Source: Candidatus Poribacteria bacterium
GTDB taxonomy: Bacteria > Poribacteria > WGA-4E > PCPOR2b
Length of the DNA stretch: 64,000 bases
Assembly: GCA_965218095.1 (NCBI GenBank)
Contig: OZ244587.1
Span: 4,704,001 to 4,768,000 of the forward strand
Direction of reading: 5' to 3'
In this document: one piece after another, positions 9,931-20,023 of the stretch
Position numbering within the stretch: position 1 is the first letter of the stretch
Layout of the letters: each line of letters begins with the position of its first letter
Program-made: the position numbers and the translations under genes
The notes under the pieces: model-generated
Told to the model about the DNA's origin: nothing
What the model saw: the letters and a program-made list of their open reading frames with translations, nothing else
Database searches by the model: none

Positions 9931-11871
9931 TCAGCGCTTCATGTGAGACTTAACTGCTTTGAGACGATGCTCAATGTGATGACTCCGGTTGGTCTTGAGA
10001 AATTCCTCCCATAACGCCACCGCCTCATCTTCAAACCCTTGCGAGAGATAGTATTCACCTAGCGCAAGAGGCGCAGCATAAGAGTGCGGATCTTTTTCCA
10101 TTGACGCTTTGAAGGCGATAACCGCGGCATCCGCGTCTCCTTTGAGGGTAGCAAGTTGCCCACGCCCGTACGGTATCAGCGGATGATCAGGATATTCGGC
10201 GGCGAGTGTCTCGACAATCTCTTGCGCTTGATCCTCCATTCCGTCTCTGTAGGCCGCCATCGCCGCATGCACGGTCGCGTAGACGATCTGGTTATTGAGA
10301 ATACGTTTTTTAAATCGGCTCGTGGTATCCCTTTTTCCCCATTGGGCGATGCGTGCGGCTGTCTCGTATTTTGATTTTGCCCGGGGGTAGTTGCCATACT
10401 TATAACAGATATCTCCCAACGCTTTTTCGCTGGCGTAATTTTTTTCAACGACGAAGGTATCGCCTTGCGCATCGACAAGATTTTGGAAGATTTCGCCTCT
10501 CGCTCCATCGTCTAGTCGATAGTAAAGTACTTCAGCAAGACTTTGGAGGGCATCGGTGTAGTCGGTTTTAACGGCAATGGCACGTTCAAAATATTCACGC
10601 TCTTTTTCCACATCCTTCATCTTCTTGTAAACCAATCCGATTTTCCAGTAGAGCTCTGCGTCTTTGCTTGGATTCAATCCCAGTACAGAGTTGTACGTCG
10701 CAATTGCTTTTTTGTAATCACCATCGCTATATTGAGTTGTAGCTGTTGTAATGACAGACTCAAGTATCTGTCTGTCTTTGCTGATGGCTTTTTTTAACTC
10801 CTCACGCGCACGCTGATGCAGCCCGAGCTTGCGATAGCAAATCGATAGCCGCAGATAGTGATACGGGTCTATCTGTGCTTTATCCTGTTTTGCGAGCTCA
10901 AACCCCCGGTAGTACAACGCCCCTGCATTACGGTAGTTCTCGCTCTGGAAGTTAAAGTTGGCGATCATTAGCACGGCATCGTAGTAAGTTCCCTGGTGAT
11001 CTATCTGAATGCGCCCAAAAGCTTTCATTACCTCTTCAGCGCTTATGCCGAAACCGGAGTCCGCGGCTGAATAGTCAACCATGACGGGATTAAGCTCAAC
11101 TCCACCCCGCGGGCGATCACGTTCGCGGCGCTTTCTCCGCTGCTCCATTAGGCGATCATATTGTGTTGCCAACGGATCATCCGGTTTAGGGATACTTGCC
11201 CCCATCAGTCGGAGTTCCTGTTTTGCGTCTTCAATCGCCTCTTCAGTCCCTTCGACTTTGCCATACCGCTTGACGAGAGATTGGTAGATTCGCTTCGCTT
11301 CTTTTTCATCTTTTAGATATGTTCTCTGAATTCTGGCTTTATTGGTGAGGGCTTGCACAGCGCGCTTGCCGTCTGGATGACGGTTTGCGACATTGTCGTA
11401 GATTTCTGTCGCTTTCTCATAGTGTCTGTCGCTCTCGTAGCTCTTTGCCAGCATCAGTTGCGCGTTATGACTGAGCTCAAGCTGCGAAAATTGATTAACA
11501 ATGGTGTCAAAGGATCGTTGCGCCGACTCATAATCCTCTGTTTTGAAATAATAGATTCCCAAACGCCAGTGGGCTTCTGCGGCTTCCTCACTGTCAGATG
11601 CAGCAGCGATAAGGTCTTGATAAACTTTCATCCCTGCTTCCGGTTGATTCATTTTATCAATATATAGCTTACCGACGGCTAATTGCGCTTTGCGAGCGTC
11701 CGGCGTTCCTGGCTTTGAATCGATTAACGCCTGGCACACATCAACTGCGCTTTGATAGTCCTTCTCTTGGATAAGTTTTTCCGCCTGTTTTTGTGGACTC
11801 ATTGGAAGACAGGCGTATTGTGTAATCATCACAGTGACAAAAAAGAAAATGCCAAACCTGATGGGTTTCAT
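9931..11871 (-). CDS. Exported tetratricopeptide-repeat protein, possible lipoprotein
   Basis: Hydrophobic N-terminus ending ..QYAC; many TPR units (AHWRLGIYYF, AQLMLAKSYE). Confidence 0.85.
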   Translation of the reverse strand: MKPIRFGIFFFVTVMITQYACLPMSPQKQAEKLIQEKDYQSAVDVCQALIDSKPGTPDARKAQLAVGKLYIDKMNQPEAGMKVYQDLIAAASDSEEAAEAHWRLGIYYFKTEDYESAQRSFDTIVNQFSQLELSHNAQLMLAKSYESDRHYEKATEIYDNVANRHPDGKRAVQALTNKARIQRTYLKDEKEAKRIYQSLVKRYGKVEGTEEAIEDAKQELRLMGASIPKPDDPLATQYDRLMEQRRKRRERDRPRGGVELNPVMVDYSAADSGFGISAEEVMKAFGRIQIDHQGTYYDAVLMIANFNFQSENYRNAGALYYRGFELAKQDKAQIDPYHYLRLSICYRKLGLHQRAREELKKAISKDRQILESVITTATTQYSDGDYKKAIATYNSVLGLNPSKDAELYWKIGLVYKKMKDVEKEREYFERAIAVKTDYTDALQSLAEVLYYRLDDGARGEIFQNLVDAQGDTFVVEKNYASEKALGDICYKYGNYPRAKSKYETAARIAQWGKRDTTSRFKKRILNNQIVYATVHAAMAAYRDGMEDQAQEIVETLAAEYPDHPLIPYGRGQLATLKGDADAAVIAFKASMEKDPHSYAAPLALGEYYLSQGFEDEAVALWEEFLKTNRSHHIEHRLKAVKSHMKR

Positions 11872-11897
11872 GATTTGTCCCCCTTCATGTATGAAAG

Positions 11898-11929
11898 GTA
11901 AAACGCGAAACGTGATGCGTGAAACGTAA
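11898..11929. repeat. Heptamer tandem element (GTGAAAC-like)
   Basis: gtaaaac-gcgaaac-gtgatgc-gtgaaac-gtaa; related copies at 13171-13213 and 43118-43153. Confidence 0.65.
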
Positions 11930-12181
11930 TATGGCCTTATGCTAGTTTTTTAGGATGTAGATGTCACATGGCTTGTAGTAGCGCACTTGCCCCGCTATGC
12001 GGGATTCAAAGCAACTTGCATCCCGATCCATCGGGGTCATTGGGCGTTTCCCGTGATGTGCGATGAATCGCACCACTACGAACGAAACTAATTAATGAAT
12101 ATGAACCAAAAGCAATCTGTATTTGGGCCAGTACCTGTAACCCGTTAGCAACACATAGCAACCGTGAATGATGACCAACCG

Positions 12182-13135
12182 TCAATGAGTTGGCTCGCCA
12201 ATGCCGAGCATCTGGCGTGCTTCCTCGGGGGTGGCAATCCGACGCCCCAGATCATTAGCGATGCGGACGATTCGCTCGACAAACTGAACGTTACTCTGCG
12301 CAGGCACGTCACGCTGGTAGAGCAAGCTATCTTCCATGCCGGTGCGGACGTGGCCGCCCAGAAGGAGAGACAGCACATTAACGTGAATCTCCTCCAGGCC
12401 CAGGGCGCACGTCTGAAAGATGCAATCTTCGGGTAGGTTCCTGATCATGAAGAGGACACTATCGGGGCTGGTGGGGATGCCGCTCTGTTGCCCGAAAACA
12501 AGCTGCACAAAATAGGGTTTGTCCAGCGCATCGCGCGCAATGAGGTGTTCCAGAATATCGAGGTGGCCTGGATGGTAAATAAACACCTGTGGCTTGATGC
12601 CGCGCTCTCGCACCAAGTTCGCAGCATGCTCGGTGTCATCGAATGTGGTCGCGTAGACCATACTCGGTGTTCCGGGTCCACCGGTGTAGGCAGCGCCACC
12701 GCGAAAGGTCATCGGCCCAGGATTGAGGGCCATGATATCCGGTGCGGCTTCGATAGGCGCCGATTTATAATAGTGGACGGATCCGATCAATGCCCCAGGC
12801 TGAGTGGAAAGTTCCGCGACCGTCTGCGAATTGTCTATCAGAATCTCAGGTGCCTTCATCCGCATCATGGCATTGATCTCGCGGTAGCGCGCTGGATCAT
12901 TGGAGGCTTTAGTTGGATCTTCGGCCTGACGGGCGTGGATGTGAATAACTCGCGCCCCAGCCGCGTAGATGGTAGCTGCCTCCTCGGCCTGCTCTTCGGC
13001 AGTCACCGGCACGTTCGGGTTTTCACGTTTTTGGTGTCCGCCCGTCACGGCAACGCTAATGAGCACGGGGGGCATGCCCTCATGGATGCGTTTGACGTAT
13101 TGCCGTGCGTTGGTGTAGTCCCATGTAATGTCCAT
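12182..13135 (-). CDS. Beta-keto acid cleavage enzyme (BKACE/DUF849, Kce-like)
   Basis: AVTG..NPNVPVT.EEQAEEA..AGA.VIHIHAR, GGHVRTGMED, RIATPEEAR. Confidence 0.92.
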   Translation of the reverse strand: MDITWDYTNARQYVKRIHEGMPPVLISVAVTGGHQKRENPNVPVTAEEQAEEAATIYAAGARVIHIHARQAEDPTKASNDPARYREINAMMRMKAPEILIDNSQTVAELSTQPGALIGSVHYYKSAPIEAAPDIMALNPGPMTFRGGAAYTGGPGTPSMVYATTFDDTEHAANLVRERGIKPQVFIYHPGHLDILEHLIARDALDKPYFVQLVFGQQSGIPTSPDSVLFMIRNLPEDCIFQTCALGLEEIHVNVLSLLLGGHVRTGMEDSLLYQRDVPAQSNVQFVERIVRIANDLGRRIATPEEARQMLGIGEPTH

Positions 13136-13222
13136 TGTCTGTCATCTCCTTGCTCGCTCGAATATCAGTTAAAGCGTAAAACGTGAGGAGATCGGTCACG
13201 TTTTACGTTTCACAACTTGTAG

Positions 13223-13330
13223 TAGTCCACTGTGAAATAAGTCTTGGCAAATGGGTTTCAAACCCTTGTAGAATCGGCGTTTTATGCCCGATGGCTTCTT
13301 GTTGTCAGAATTTATTTCACGCAGCAGTAA
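13223..13330. mobile_element. MITE-like element
   Basis: Imperfect terminal inverted repeats GTGAAATAAGTCTTGGCAA / TTGTCAGAATTTATTTCAC; non-coding interior. Confidence 0.5.
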
Positions 13331-13350
13331 TTTAGATCCTTATGCAGGAA

Positions 13351-14442
13351 TTAGGGGTTGGGGACGATCACGCCCTTTATGAACCCGTCCAGTTGGATCT
13401 CACCCCCAGCCGCTCGCACTGCCTTGTCTGCTTCTTCCAATGAGAAGTAATGCGTGACCATCTTCTCGATGGGATAGCAGCGGGACTCGACGAGCTTGAT
13501 CGCGGCCCGCACTGCTGGGGTATCGTGGGTGTTTACACCTTGGTAGCGAATCTCTTTAACGGTGAGCTTGCTCGTAACTAACGAGACTGACGCCGCACCG
13601 GTGTTGGACCCGATCACCACCGTACCCATAGGGCGTACCAATTCCAGCGATAGGGGAGCGGATGCGGTGGCGCCAGTAAGGTCCACGACCACGTCCGCTA
13701 GCACTCCATCGGTCAGTTCGTGGACTTTCTGGACTGGATCCTCCTCCTGTAGGTCAATGGTATGAGTCGCACCAAACAGTCTTGCCACCTGGAAGCGGTG
13801 CTCGTCCTGGGTAAGCCCAATGGCAATGACCTGGGCCGCTCCCGCCTCCCGGGCAGCCAAGACAGCAGCAAGGCCCTGGCCTCCCGGCCCCATGATGACC
13901 ACGCTGTCCCCCACGGTCACCCCACCCTTCGTGCGCACCCAACGGATACCATTTCCGATGTTGGCGCAGGTCATGGTCGCCGCTTCAGCCGGAACGTCCT
14001 CGGCGATGCGATGCACGCGGGAGTTGGGAGCGAGGTACATGTGCTGGCTATACGCGCCCCAGATGTAAGGTGGCACGCTAGCTTGGATGGGGCCGCCGTA
14101 ACCGAGGTGTTCGTGGCAGAAACGATACTCGCCGATCAAGCACATGCGGCAGTGGCCACATCCAAAGAGATGCTCGACGATTACCCGATCCCCTTTTTTG
14201 ACGCCCCACCTCGCTGTCGCCCGGCTCCCGATCTCATCAATGTGGCCCAGTATTTCGTGCCCCATGATGAGCGGGAATTTGTCAGGCTCAGTCCATTGGT
14301 AGATACGGGGATCACTCCCACATACCCCGCACATCTCCACCTTGAGCAGGCCATCATCCTCGCCGACGACCGGCAGGTCAAAGGCGTGAATCTTCATCTT
14401 CTGTGTGGCTATGGCCACCGCCGAATAGGTCTTACCAGACAT
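13351..14442 (-). CDS. Zinc-dependent alcohol dehydrogenase (MDR family)
   Basis: CGSD, GHE, C-x2-C-x2-C-x7-C and GPGGQG motifs. Confidence 0.92.
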   Translation of the reverse strand: MSGKTYSAVAIATQKMKIHAFDLPVVGEDDGLLKVEMCGVCGSDPRIYQWTEPDKFPLIMGHEILGHIDEIGSRATARWGVKKGDRVIVEHLFGCGHCRMCLIGEYRFCHEHLGYGGPIQASVPPYIWGAYSQHMYLAPNSRVHRIAEDVPAEAATMTCANIGNGIRWVRTKGGVTVGDSVVIMGPGGQGLAAVLAAREAGAAQVIAIGLTQDEHRFQVARLFGATHTIDLQEEDPVQKVHELTDGVLADVVVDLTGATASAPLSLELVRPMGTVVIGSNTGAASVSLVTSKLTVKEIRYQGVNTHDTPAVRAAIKLVESRCYPIEKMVTHYFSLEEADKAVRAAGGEIQLDGFIKGVIVPNP

Positions 14443-14607
14443 AGAGCACCTTTCATAGCTCTGGAAGCCATCCCAAGACATATCAGTCGACATATTATGC
14501 CCCAAAATCCTACTTCCTACAACTCCCCCCAAATTTGGGGGGAGTGAGGGGGCGGGAGCCGGAGGGGCGCACCAGCAGCGGATCTGCCGATGAGATCTTT
14601 TAATCTA

Positions 14608-15518
14608 ACCCAAGTTGCTAGTAATTGAAAATCCATGGGTTTTCCGTTAAAGTAGAGGTAATCCAAACCATAATACCTCAAAGGAGAAACCCATGGACAT
14701 CCAAATTGCAACCATTTTCTATCTCTGTGACAAGCTCTTAGAAGCACTCAACTCAAAACCACACCCACAAACGCAGATGTCTGATGCCGAAGTGATGACC
14801 ACCGGCATCGTCGCTGCGTTGTTCTTCGGGGCAAACTTGCAAACCACTTGTGACTTTCTAAAGACTCATGGCTATATACCCAAGATGCTTTCAAAAAGTC
14901 GATTAAACCGATGTTCACCACATTGTTCAAAATCTTGGGACGAAGCTATGTGCAACTTAATCAACAGAAAATCTATGCACTGGATACCATACCAATTGCT
15001 GTTTGTTCCGCATTCGTCGGTCAAAAATCTATACCGATAAGGCATATCGAGGCTATCAAGCGTCCAAACGTCGGTATTTCTATGGCTTGAAAGTTCATCT
15101 GCTAGTGACTGCGAGTCGACACCCTGTTGAATTTTTTGTGACCCCAGCCAGTACAGGGGACGTTGAAGGGTTACAGTGGTTTGACTTCGACTTGCCACCG
15201 GGCTATGGTGACAAAGCATACAATAATTATGAGATAGAAGATATTGTTACATCAGTCGTTAAAGCCAGTACGCAAGAAGAATTCCAAGCGGCTGTATCCA
15301 CCATGGGAGACCTACTTGGCTAATTACCATCGTAAGTCTGTTGAGACGGCTGGCAGTTTGATTAACAAACTGCTTCCACGTTCAATCCATGCAGTAACGC
15401 AACACGGATTTGAATTGAAAGTGGTCTTGTTTGTATTGGCTAGCAGTATCAATCAGCTCTGAGTTCACTCACATATTCAGTTCACTCACATATTCGATGA
15501 ATAGGTCGCAACTTGGGT
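14608..15518 (+). mobile_element. IS982-family insertion sequence with degenerate transposase
   Basis: 11-bp IR ACCCAAGTTGC (14608-14618 and 15508-15518); 8-bp direct repeat TTAATCTA on both sides (14600-14607, 15519-15526). Confidence 0.9.
14693..15462 (+). pseudogene. IS982 transposase, frameshifted into three pieces
   Basis: MSDAEVMT..LSKSRLNR, GYQASKRRYFYGLKVHL, GDKAY and RKSVET..RSIHAVT lie in different frames. Confidence 0.88.
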
Positions 15519-15566
15519 TTAATCTAACAAAGTTAAATTACTCGTTGCCCGTTATACCCAACGCCG

Positions 15567-16397
15567 CTAGGTGACGACCGGAAACCCACTGCCAACGAGG
15601 GGTTCGCCATCATTGACCTCAACGATCGGGACAAGGCAATGTTCTGGTGCTTGGGCCTTATAGAAACGAACTCCCTGGGCCATGTAGATTATCACAAAAG
15701 CTCGACGTTGTCGATCCGTTGTGTTCTGTGGGGTTGCATGGAAGTCCAGACAATGGTGAAACATGCATTCACCAGTCTTCAGTTCAACGGGCACTCCAAA
15801 GCTTGCGTGACGTTCCTCCATTTTAACCCGCTCGGTCTTGAGGGTCGGATCTTTCGCTGACGCCTCTAACTCTTTCCTTTTCGCCTCGGGAGAGAAGCGA
15901 GGGTCTCGGTGGCTGCCTGGAATCACGTGCATACAGCCGTTCTCCACAGTGGCGTCATCCAGAGCGATCCAGCAACTGAGGATGCTCGGTTCGGAGAGTG
16001 GCCAGCCGTAGAAATCTTGGTGATACCTGAAATGGGCGTTATCCCCTGGTGGTTTGGAAATGATATGATCATGCCACAGACGAACTTCCGGCGTCTTCAA
16101 AAGCGTCTTTGCGATTCCAGTGATCAGCGGGTGACGCACCATTTTTTCGTAGTCCTTATCTCGCTTCCACACGTTGACATACTGAGTAAGGGTCCGGGGT
16201 TCATCTCGGGCTTCTTTGACTTTACGGCGGTGCCCTATGCTGAACTCAACGGATAAATCATCACCCCCTTCCAATTCAACACGAACGATCCGATCCAACG
16301 CTTCAATAAGCGCTTCGACTTCGCTTGGCTCTAAAACCTTTCCATATTTGAGACAACCATTCTCATCGAAAAATCGAATCTGTTCTTCGGTAACCAT
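15567..16397 (-). CDS. PhyH-family dioxygenase
   Basis: YHQD, WIALDDATVENGCMHVIPGSH, FHAT..N. Confidence 0.92.
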   Translation of the reverse strand: MVTEEQIRFFDENGCLKYGKVLEPSEVEALIEALDRIVRVELEGGDDLSVEFSIGHRRKVKEARDEPRTLTQYVNVWKRDKDYEKMVRHPLITGIAKTLLKTPEVRLWHDHIISKPPGDNAHFRYHQDFYGWPLSEPSILSCWIALDDATVENGCMHVIPGSHRDPRFSPEAKRKELEASAKDPTLKTERVKMEERHASFGVPVELKTGECMFHHCLDFHATPQNTTDRQRRAFVIIYMAQGVRFYKAQAPEHCLVPIVEVNDGEPLVGSGFPVVT

Positions 16398-16681
16398 TTT
16401 TATCCTCCTTCACATCTCAATTAAAACAGTCAGGATGGGAGACCCTCCCGACAGAAGGTCAGGCATCCGAGAAAATAATTAAGTGCCAGGACAAAATTAA
16501 ATCGCTAATCGAAATCATACCCGCCTGTGAGCGTTCAACCGTGCAACCTGAGAAGTGATGAGTGACAAGCGATAACTGTTCGTCACTCATCACTCGTCAT
16601 CAAGATGCCGACGCCATTGGTATGAAATGTTGAAATAATTCTGTCCAACTACTTAGCACAAACCATCAATTTGGTAACTTC

Positions 16682-17887
16682 TTATGATAGGTGGAAGAAA
16701 CTGCCTGCGATGTGGCGCGTCCCCCCGAAATTGTTGCCGTCGTCCTCCATGAAGTAGTAGGCGGTGAAGATACGCCCGTCGTCCAGTTGCGTGGCGACCG
16801 GATAACTCAAATCCCCGCTACTCCCATCATCGCGGACAATCGCCTCCGCCGACCAGGTCGCCCCGTCGTCCTCACTGACGAGCAGCCCGATTCCCAAGGG
16901 GGGCTTGCGCCGCCCGAATATCACCACAATCCGCCCATCACGCAGTTGCATTGGCCAGGGTGAGCGATAATGCACCGACTGGCGCGCCGCATCTAGCTTA
17001 CGGCGGGCGGCCCAGGGCGATTGCCCCCACGCCAAAATTGGCTTCGCCGTGCTCCAACTATAGCCGCCATCGTCGGAGTACGCCATCTGAATTGCGTTGC
17101 GGATACCACTATGTAGATTGAGCATGTAGCACTGCAACCGCCCGCTGGGCAGCAGAAGCAAGCCCGCGTAGGTGGGCCGTCCCAGGCCCGTTGGGTCTCG
17201 ATTCACTTCCGCGACGTATTCCCAGGTGAGGCCGTTGTCGTCGGAGCCGAAGACCGCCACGCCGCCGGGGGCGTCCGCCCTGGCAATAGTTATCACATCA
17301 TAGACACTCATCACAACCATGAGTGTGCCATCCGGGAATTGTACCAGCGGATGGGCGTCCCGATGGAAAGCCTGTCCAGTTGGATTCGTGACGTGGGTGG
17401 GGACTGTCTCCCATGTACGGCCCCGATCCCCCGACCGGAAGGCAAAGCATTCTAAGGTGGGGTGCCCACTCGGGCCCGCTGGCCCGGTTGGGGTGCGGGT
17501 GAAGTATACCGCTGCATCCGGGCTGGTGAGGTCGATCTGTTTGCGGACCACACCCGGCTCGTCAGCCCGGTATAAGATTGCACGTTTCTCCTCCAGGGGA
17601 CGCGACTCATCCCACACCACCACGTCGTTTTCGCGGGGCCAGGTCTCGCCGTGGTCTAGCGATCGCTGGAGTAGAATCTTTGCCCGGCTGGCGTAACCAG
17701 TGATGAAGGAATGGTCGATGTCGTCCACAACTTGGTACCGGGACGGTGCGTGGGAGTGCAACACTGTAATCTCGCCGTTCCCATAGTTGAAGATACCACT
17801 TTGGCGCGGATGCCCACAGTAGGTATCCTTGCTATAGCAGAGCTTGATATGGTGCATATCGGTGAGTTCTGGTATAATGCGGTTCAT
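16682..17887 (-). CDS. BNR/Asp-box sialidase-like protein, paralog B
   Basis: Colinear with and highly similar to 8606-9793; Asp boxes; GGAGG RBS. Confidence 0.88.
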   Translation of the reverse strand: MNRIIPELTDMHHIKLCYSKDTYCGHPRQSGIFNYGNGEITVLHSHAPSRYQVVDDIDHSFITGYASRAKILLQRSLDHGETWPRENDVVVWDESRPLEEKRAILYRADEPGVVRKQIDLTSPDAAVYFTRTPTGPAGPSGHPTLECFAFRSGDRGRTWETVPTHVTNPTGQAFHRDAHPLVQFPDGTLMVVMSVYDVITIARADAPGGVAVFGSDDNGLTWEYVAEVNRDPTGLGRPTYAGLLLLPSGRLQCYMLNLHSGIRNAIQMAYSDDGGYSWSTAKPILAWGQSPWAARRKLDAARQSVHYRSPWPMQLRDGRIVVIFGRRKPPLGIGLLVSEDDGATWSAEAIVRDDGSSGDLSYPVATQLDDGRIFTAYYFMEDDGNNFGGTRHIAGSFFHLS

Positions 17888-18083
17888 TGTGTTCCCTCCT
17901 CCTAATCCGTGAGACTATCGATTTGTTCCACAATTATCATTCTGTTCTCACGGCTAATTCCATCATTGCGTATAAGGGCACCACGTTCTCTAACTCGTCA
18001 ATCTTCACGCGCGTCTGATTTCTTGTAAAGAGAGCGTCTTCAAGTTTTCCAAAGTGACACACTTCGGCATCCGTGACAATAAG

Positions 18084-18460
18084 CCGGTTGAAACTTTTAA
18101 CAGATGCAAAAGCAATATAATTGACGCAAAAACAGTTCGAATCTCACGTATTGCCCCATCTGCCGACTGCCAAACGCGGCTTCATTCCTCTAATTCCACT
18201 GTACAAAATCTTTAACTATATCCTCCACTTGCTATACACCGGCTGTCAAGCGAAGCAATTGCCCATTGACACATGCGCAGATAACCCAGAAAAAAAGGAA
18301 ATTAGCTATCATGCCGTTTATCATCATTTCCGCCAGTGGAGTCTTGATCGCAGCCTAAAACAGATCTGGCAAAATAGTATATCAACCCTCACAGAGATGT
18401 TGGATTTGTCTCAGCTTTCACTTGATGGGACTCATACTCTCGCCAAAAAGTTTCAACCGG
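18084..18460 (+). mobile_element. Internally deleted IS5-family element that keeps both terminal IRs
   Basis: Perfect 15-bp IR CCGGTTGAAACTTTT / AAAAGTTTCAACCGG; interior encodes a transposase N-terminus (IFNYILHLLYTGCQ..VYHHFRQWS..LDGTHT). Confidence 0.8.
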
Positions 18461-18484
18461 TTCTTGGAGAAAGGTACTGCCAAG

Positions 18485-20005
18485 CTATCGAAACTTGAAG
18501 GAGTAGAGCTTGGCGTTCTTGAAGTAGAAACGCAGTTTTATCGACTTGCCCGCCAGTGTGCTCACGTCGGAACTCCCGTTCCACGAGACGGCATGCGCTA
18601 GGCTGGACTTCGTCATCGGGGCGGCGTCATCGAAGGTAAATCCGGGCAACTTCTTATGGTTCGCCCTCAAAATTTCTACCCGTACCTCGCCGGGCCCCGG
18701 CCCGGCGGCAATCGGCGCCATGCTCGCGTTCAGATGCAGGCGCGACCCGGAGAAACCGAACGGCCGGGTCGTCATCTGACTGAAGGACGCGGGCCCCGAA
18801 AACATTTGCCGCTCGCCAGTCATGTGTTGCAACTCATCCTCAGACCTATCGGTAACAACCCAGCCCTTCCCACCGTCGAGGGAGACGAACCCGTCAAGAC
18901 GGGAGACCGCCAGCCCGATGCCCTCTGTGGACTTATCGCCCAGCTTCAGGGCGATTTCCGGCGATCGACTGTTCGTGCCAATATAGTAGGTGAATATGCG
19001 ATCCCCGTGGGGGATGATATCTTGCGCATAGACGCTGCTGGAGTCGAAGTCTGTCCTGGCGCCGCCCCGGGGAATGAACGGCTCCCGGTAGTTTCGCTGA
19101 AAGTGAAACCCATCCCGGCTGAAGACCACCTCCGGATGATGGGTCACGTTGGTGGTGCGAAAGATCCACAGCAGCCCAACGTAGACCCCCTCGTAGGCAA
19201 TGACCGGCATGCTGTAGAACTCGGTGTCGGGGAAGTCGTTCTCGTCGGGGACCAGGATAATCTCGGGATCGCTCCAGTGGAGCATGTCTGGGCTCTCTGC
19301 CCTGCCGACAAGTCGTTTGCCATAGGGCCCCCGCCAGTGATGACTAGCCTCCATGGTGACGTAGTACGTCTCGCGTATCGGATCCCATCCCTGGAAACGG
19401 CCCGCCCAACGTCCCAACTCCTGTCCGGTATCAATGACGGGGTTGCCCTCGTAGGGGGTCCAGTCGAGCCCATCGGGGGAATAGAAGAGATCGTATTGCA
19501 TGCCTCGTGTCTGCGTGCTGCCAATCATGCGTAGCGCCTTGTATCGCTTGGCGGGGTCTTTCTCATGCAGGTCCTGAAAGTCCGGCGCCGTGGGCAGATT
19601 CTCCCTTGCGGGGAGGATGTTATTGTCCGTCGAGCCGTTGAACTTGACGAGCCCCAGCGACGGCCTCTCCCAGTGAACGCCGTCCTCAGAAATAGCTAGG
19701 CACATCACACTCCCTCGGCTCTCCGTGACGAGGCCCGCGGGGCCACCGGGAACCGGCACCCCGTTCTCAAGACGTACTGTGCTGGTAGATGCGCTATACC
19801 ACATCTTGAAGCCTTGGTCCTTCTGGTCAAAAATCACCTTGACGGGCCGCATGTGGTTTCCTTCCCAAGTACGCTCCGGCCGGAGGATGGGGTTATCGTC
19901 CGCTTTTACTGCCGGGTTCAACCCCTGCTTTGCGTTGGTCAAGCTTTCAATCAGATAGTCATCGAAGAAGAGTTGTTTTCTCGATCCAATGTCGATCATT
20001 GCCAT
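18485..20005 (-). CDS. GH32/GH43-like five-bladed beta-propeller hydrolase with C-terminal beta-sandwich
   Basis: QLFFDDYLI, SEDGVHWERP, SPDGLDW, SRDGFHF, RLDGF, AKLYSF. Confidence 0.7.
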   Translation of the reverse strand: MAMIDIGSRKQLFFDDYLIESLTNAKQGLNPAVKADDNPILRPERTWEGNHMRPVKVIFDQKDQGFKMWYSASTSTVRLENGVPVPGGPAGLVTESRGSVMCLAISEDGVHWERPSLGLVKFNGSTDNNILPARENLPTAPDFQDLHEKDPAKRYKALRMIGSTQTRGMQYDLFYSPDGLDWTPYEGNPVIDTGQELGRWAGRFQGWDPIRETYYVTMEASHHWRGPYGKRLVGRAESPDMLHWSDPEIILVPDENDFPDTEFYSMPVIAYEGVYVGLLWIFRTTNVTHHPEVVFSRDGFHFQRNYREPFIPRGGARTDFDSSSVYAQDIIPHGDRIFTYYIGTNSRSPEIALKLGDKSTEGIGLAVSRLDGFVSLDGGKGWVVTDRSEDELQHMTGERQMFSGPASFSQMTTRPFGFSGSRLHLNASMAPIAAGPGPGEVRVEILRANHKKLPGFTFDDAAPMTKSSLAHAVSWNGSSDVSTLAGKSIKLRFYFKNAKLYSFKFR

Positions 20006-20023
20006 CGTTATTCTCCTTTACTA

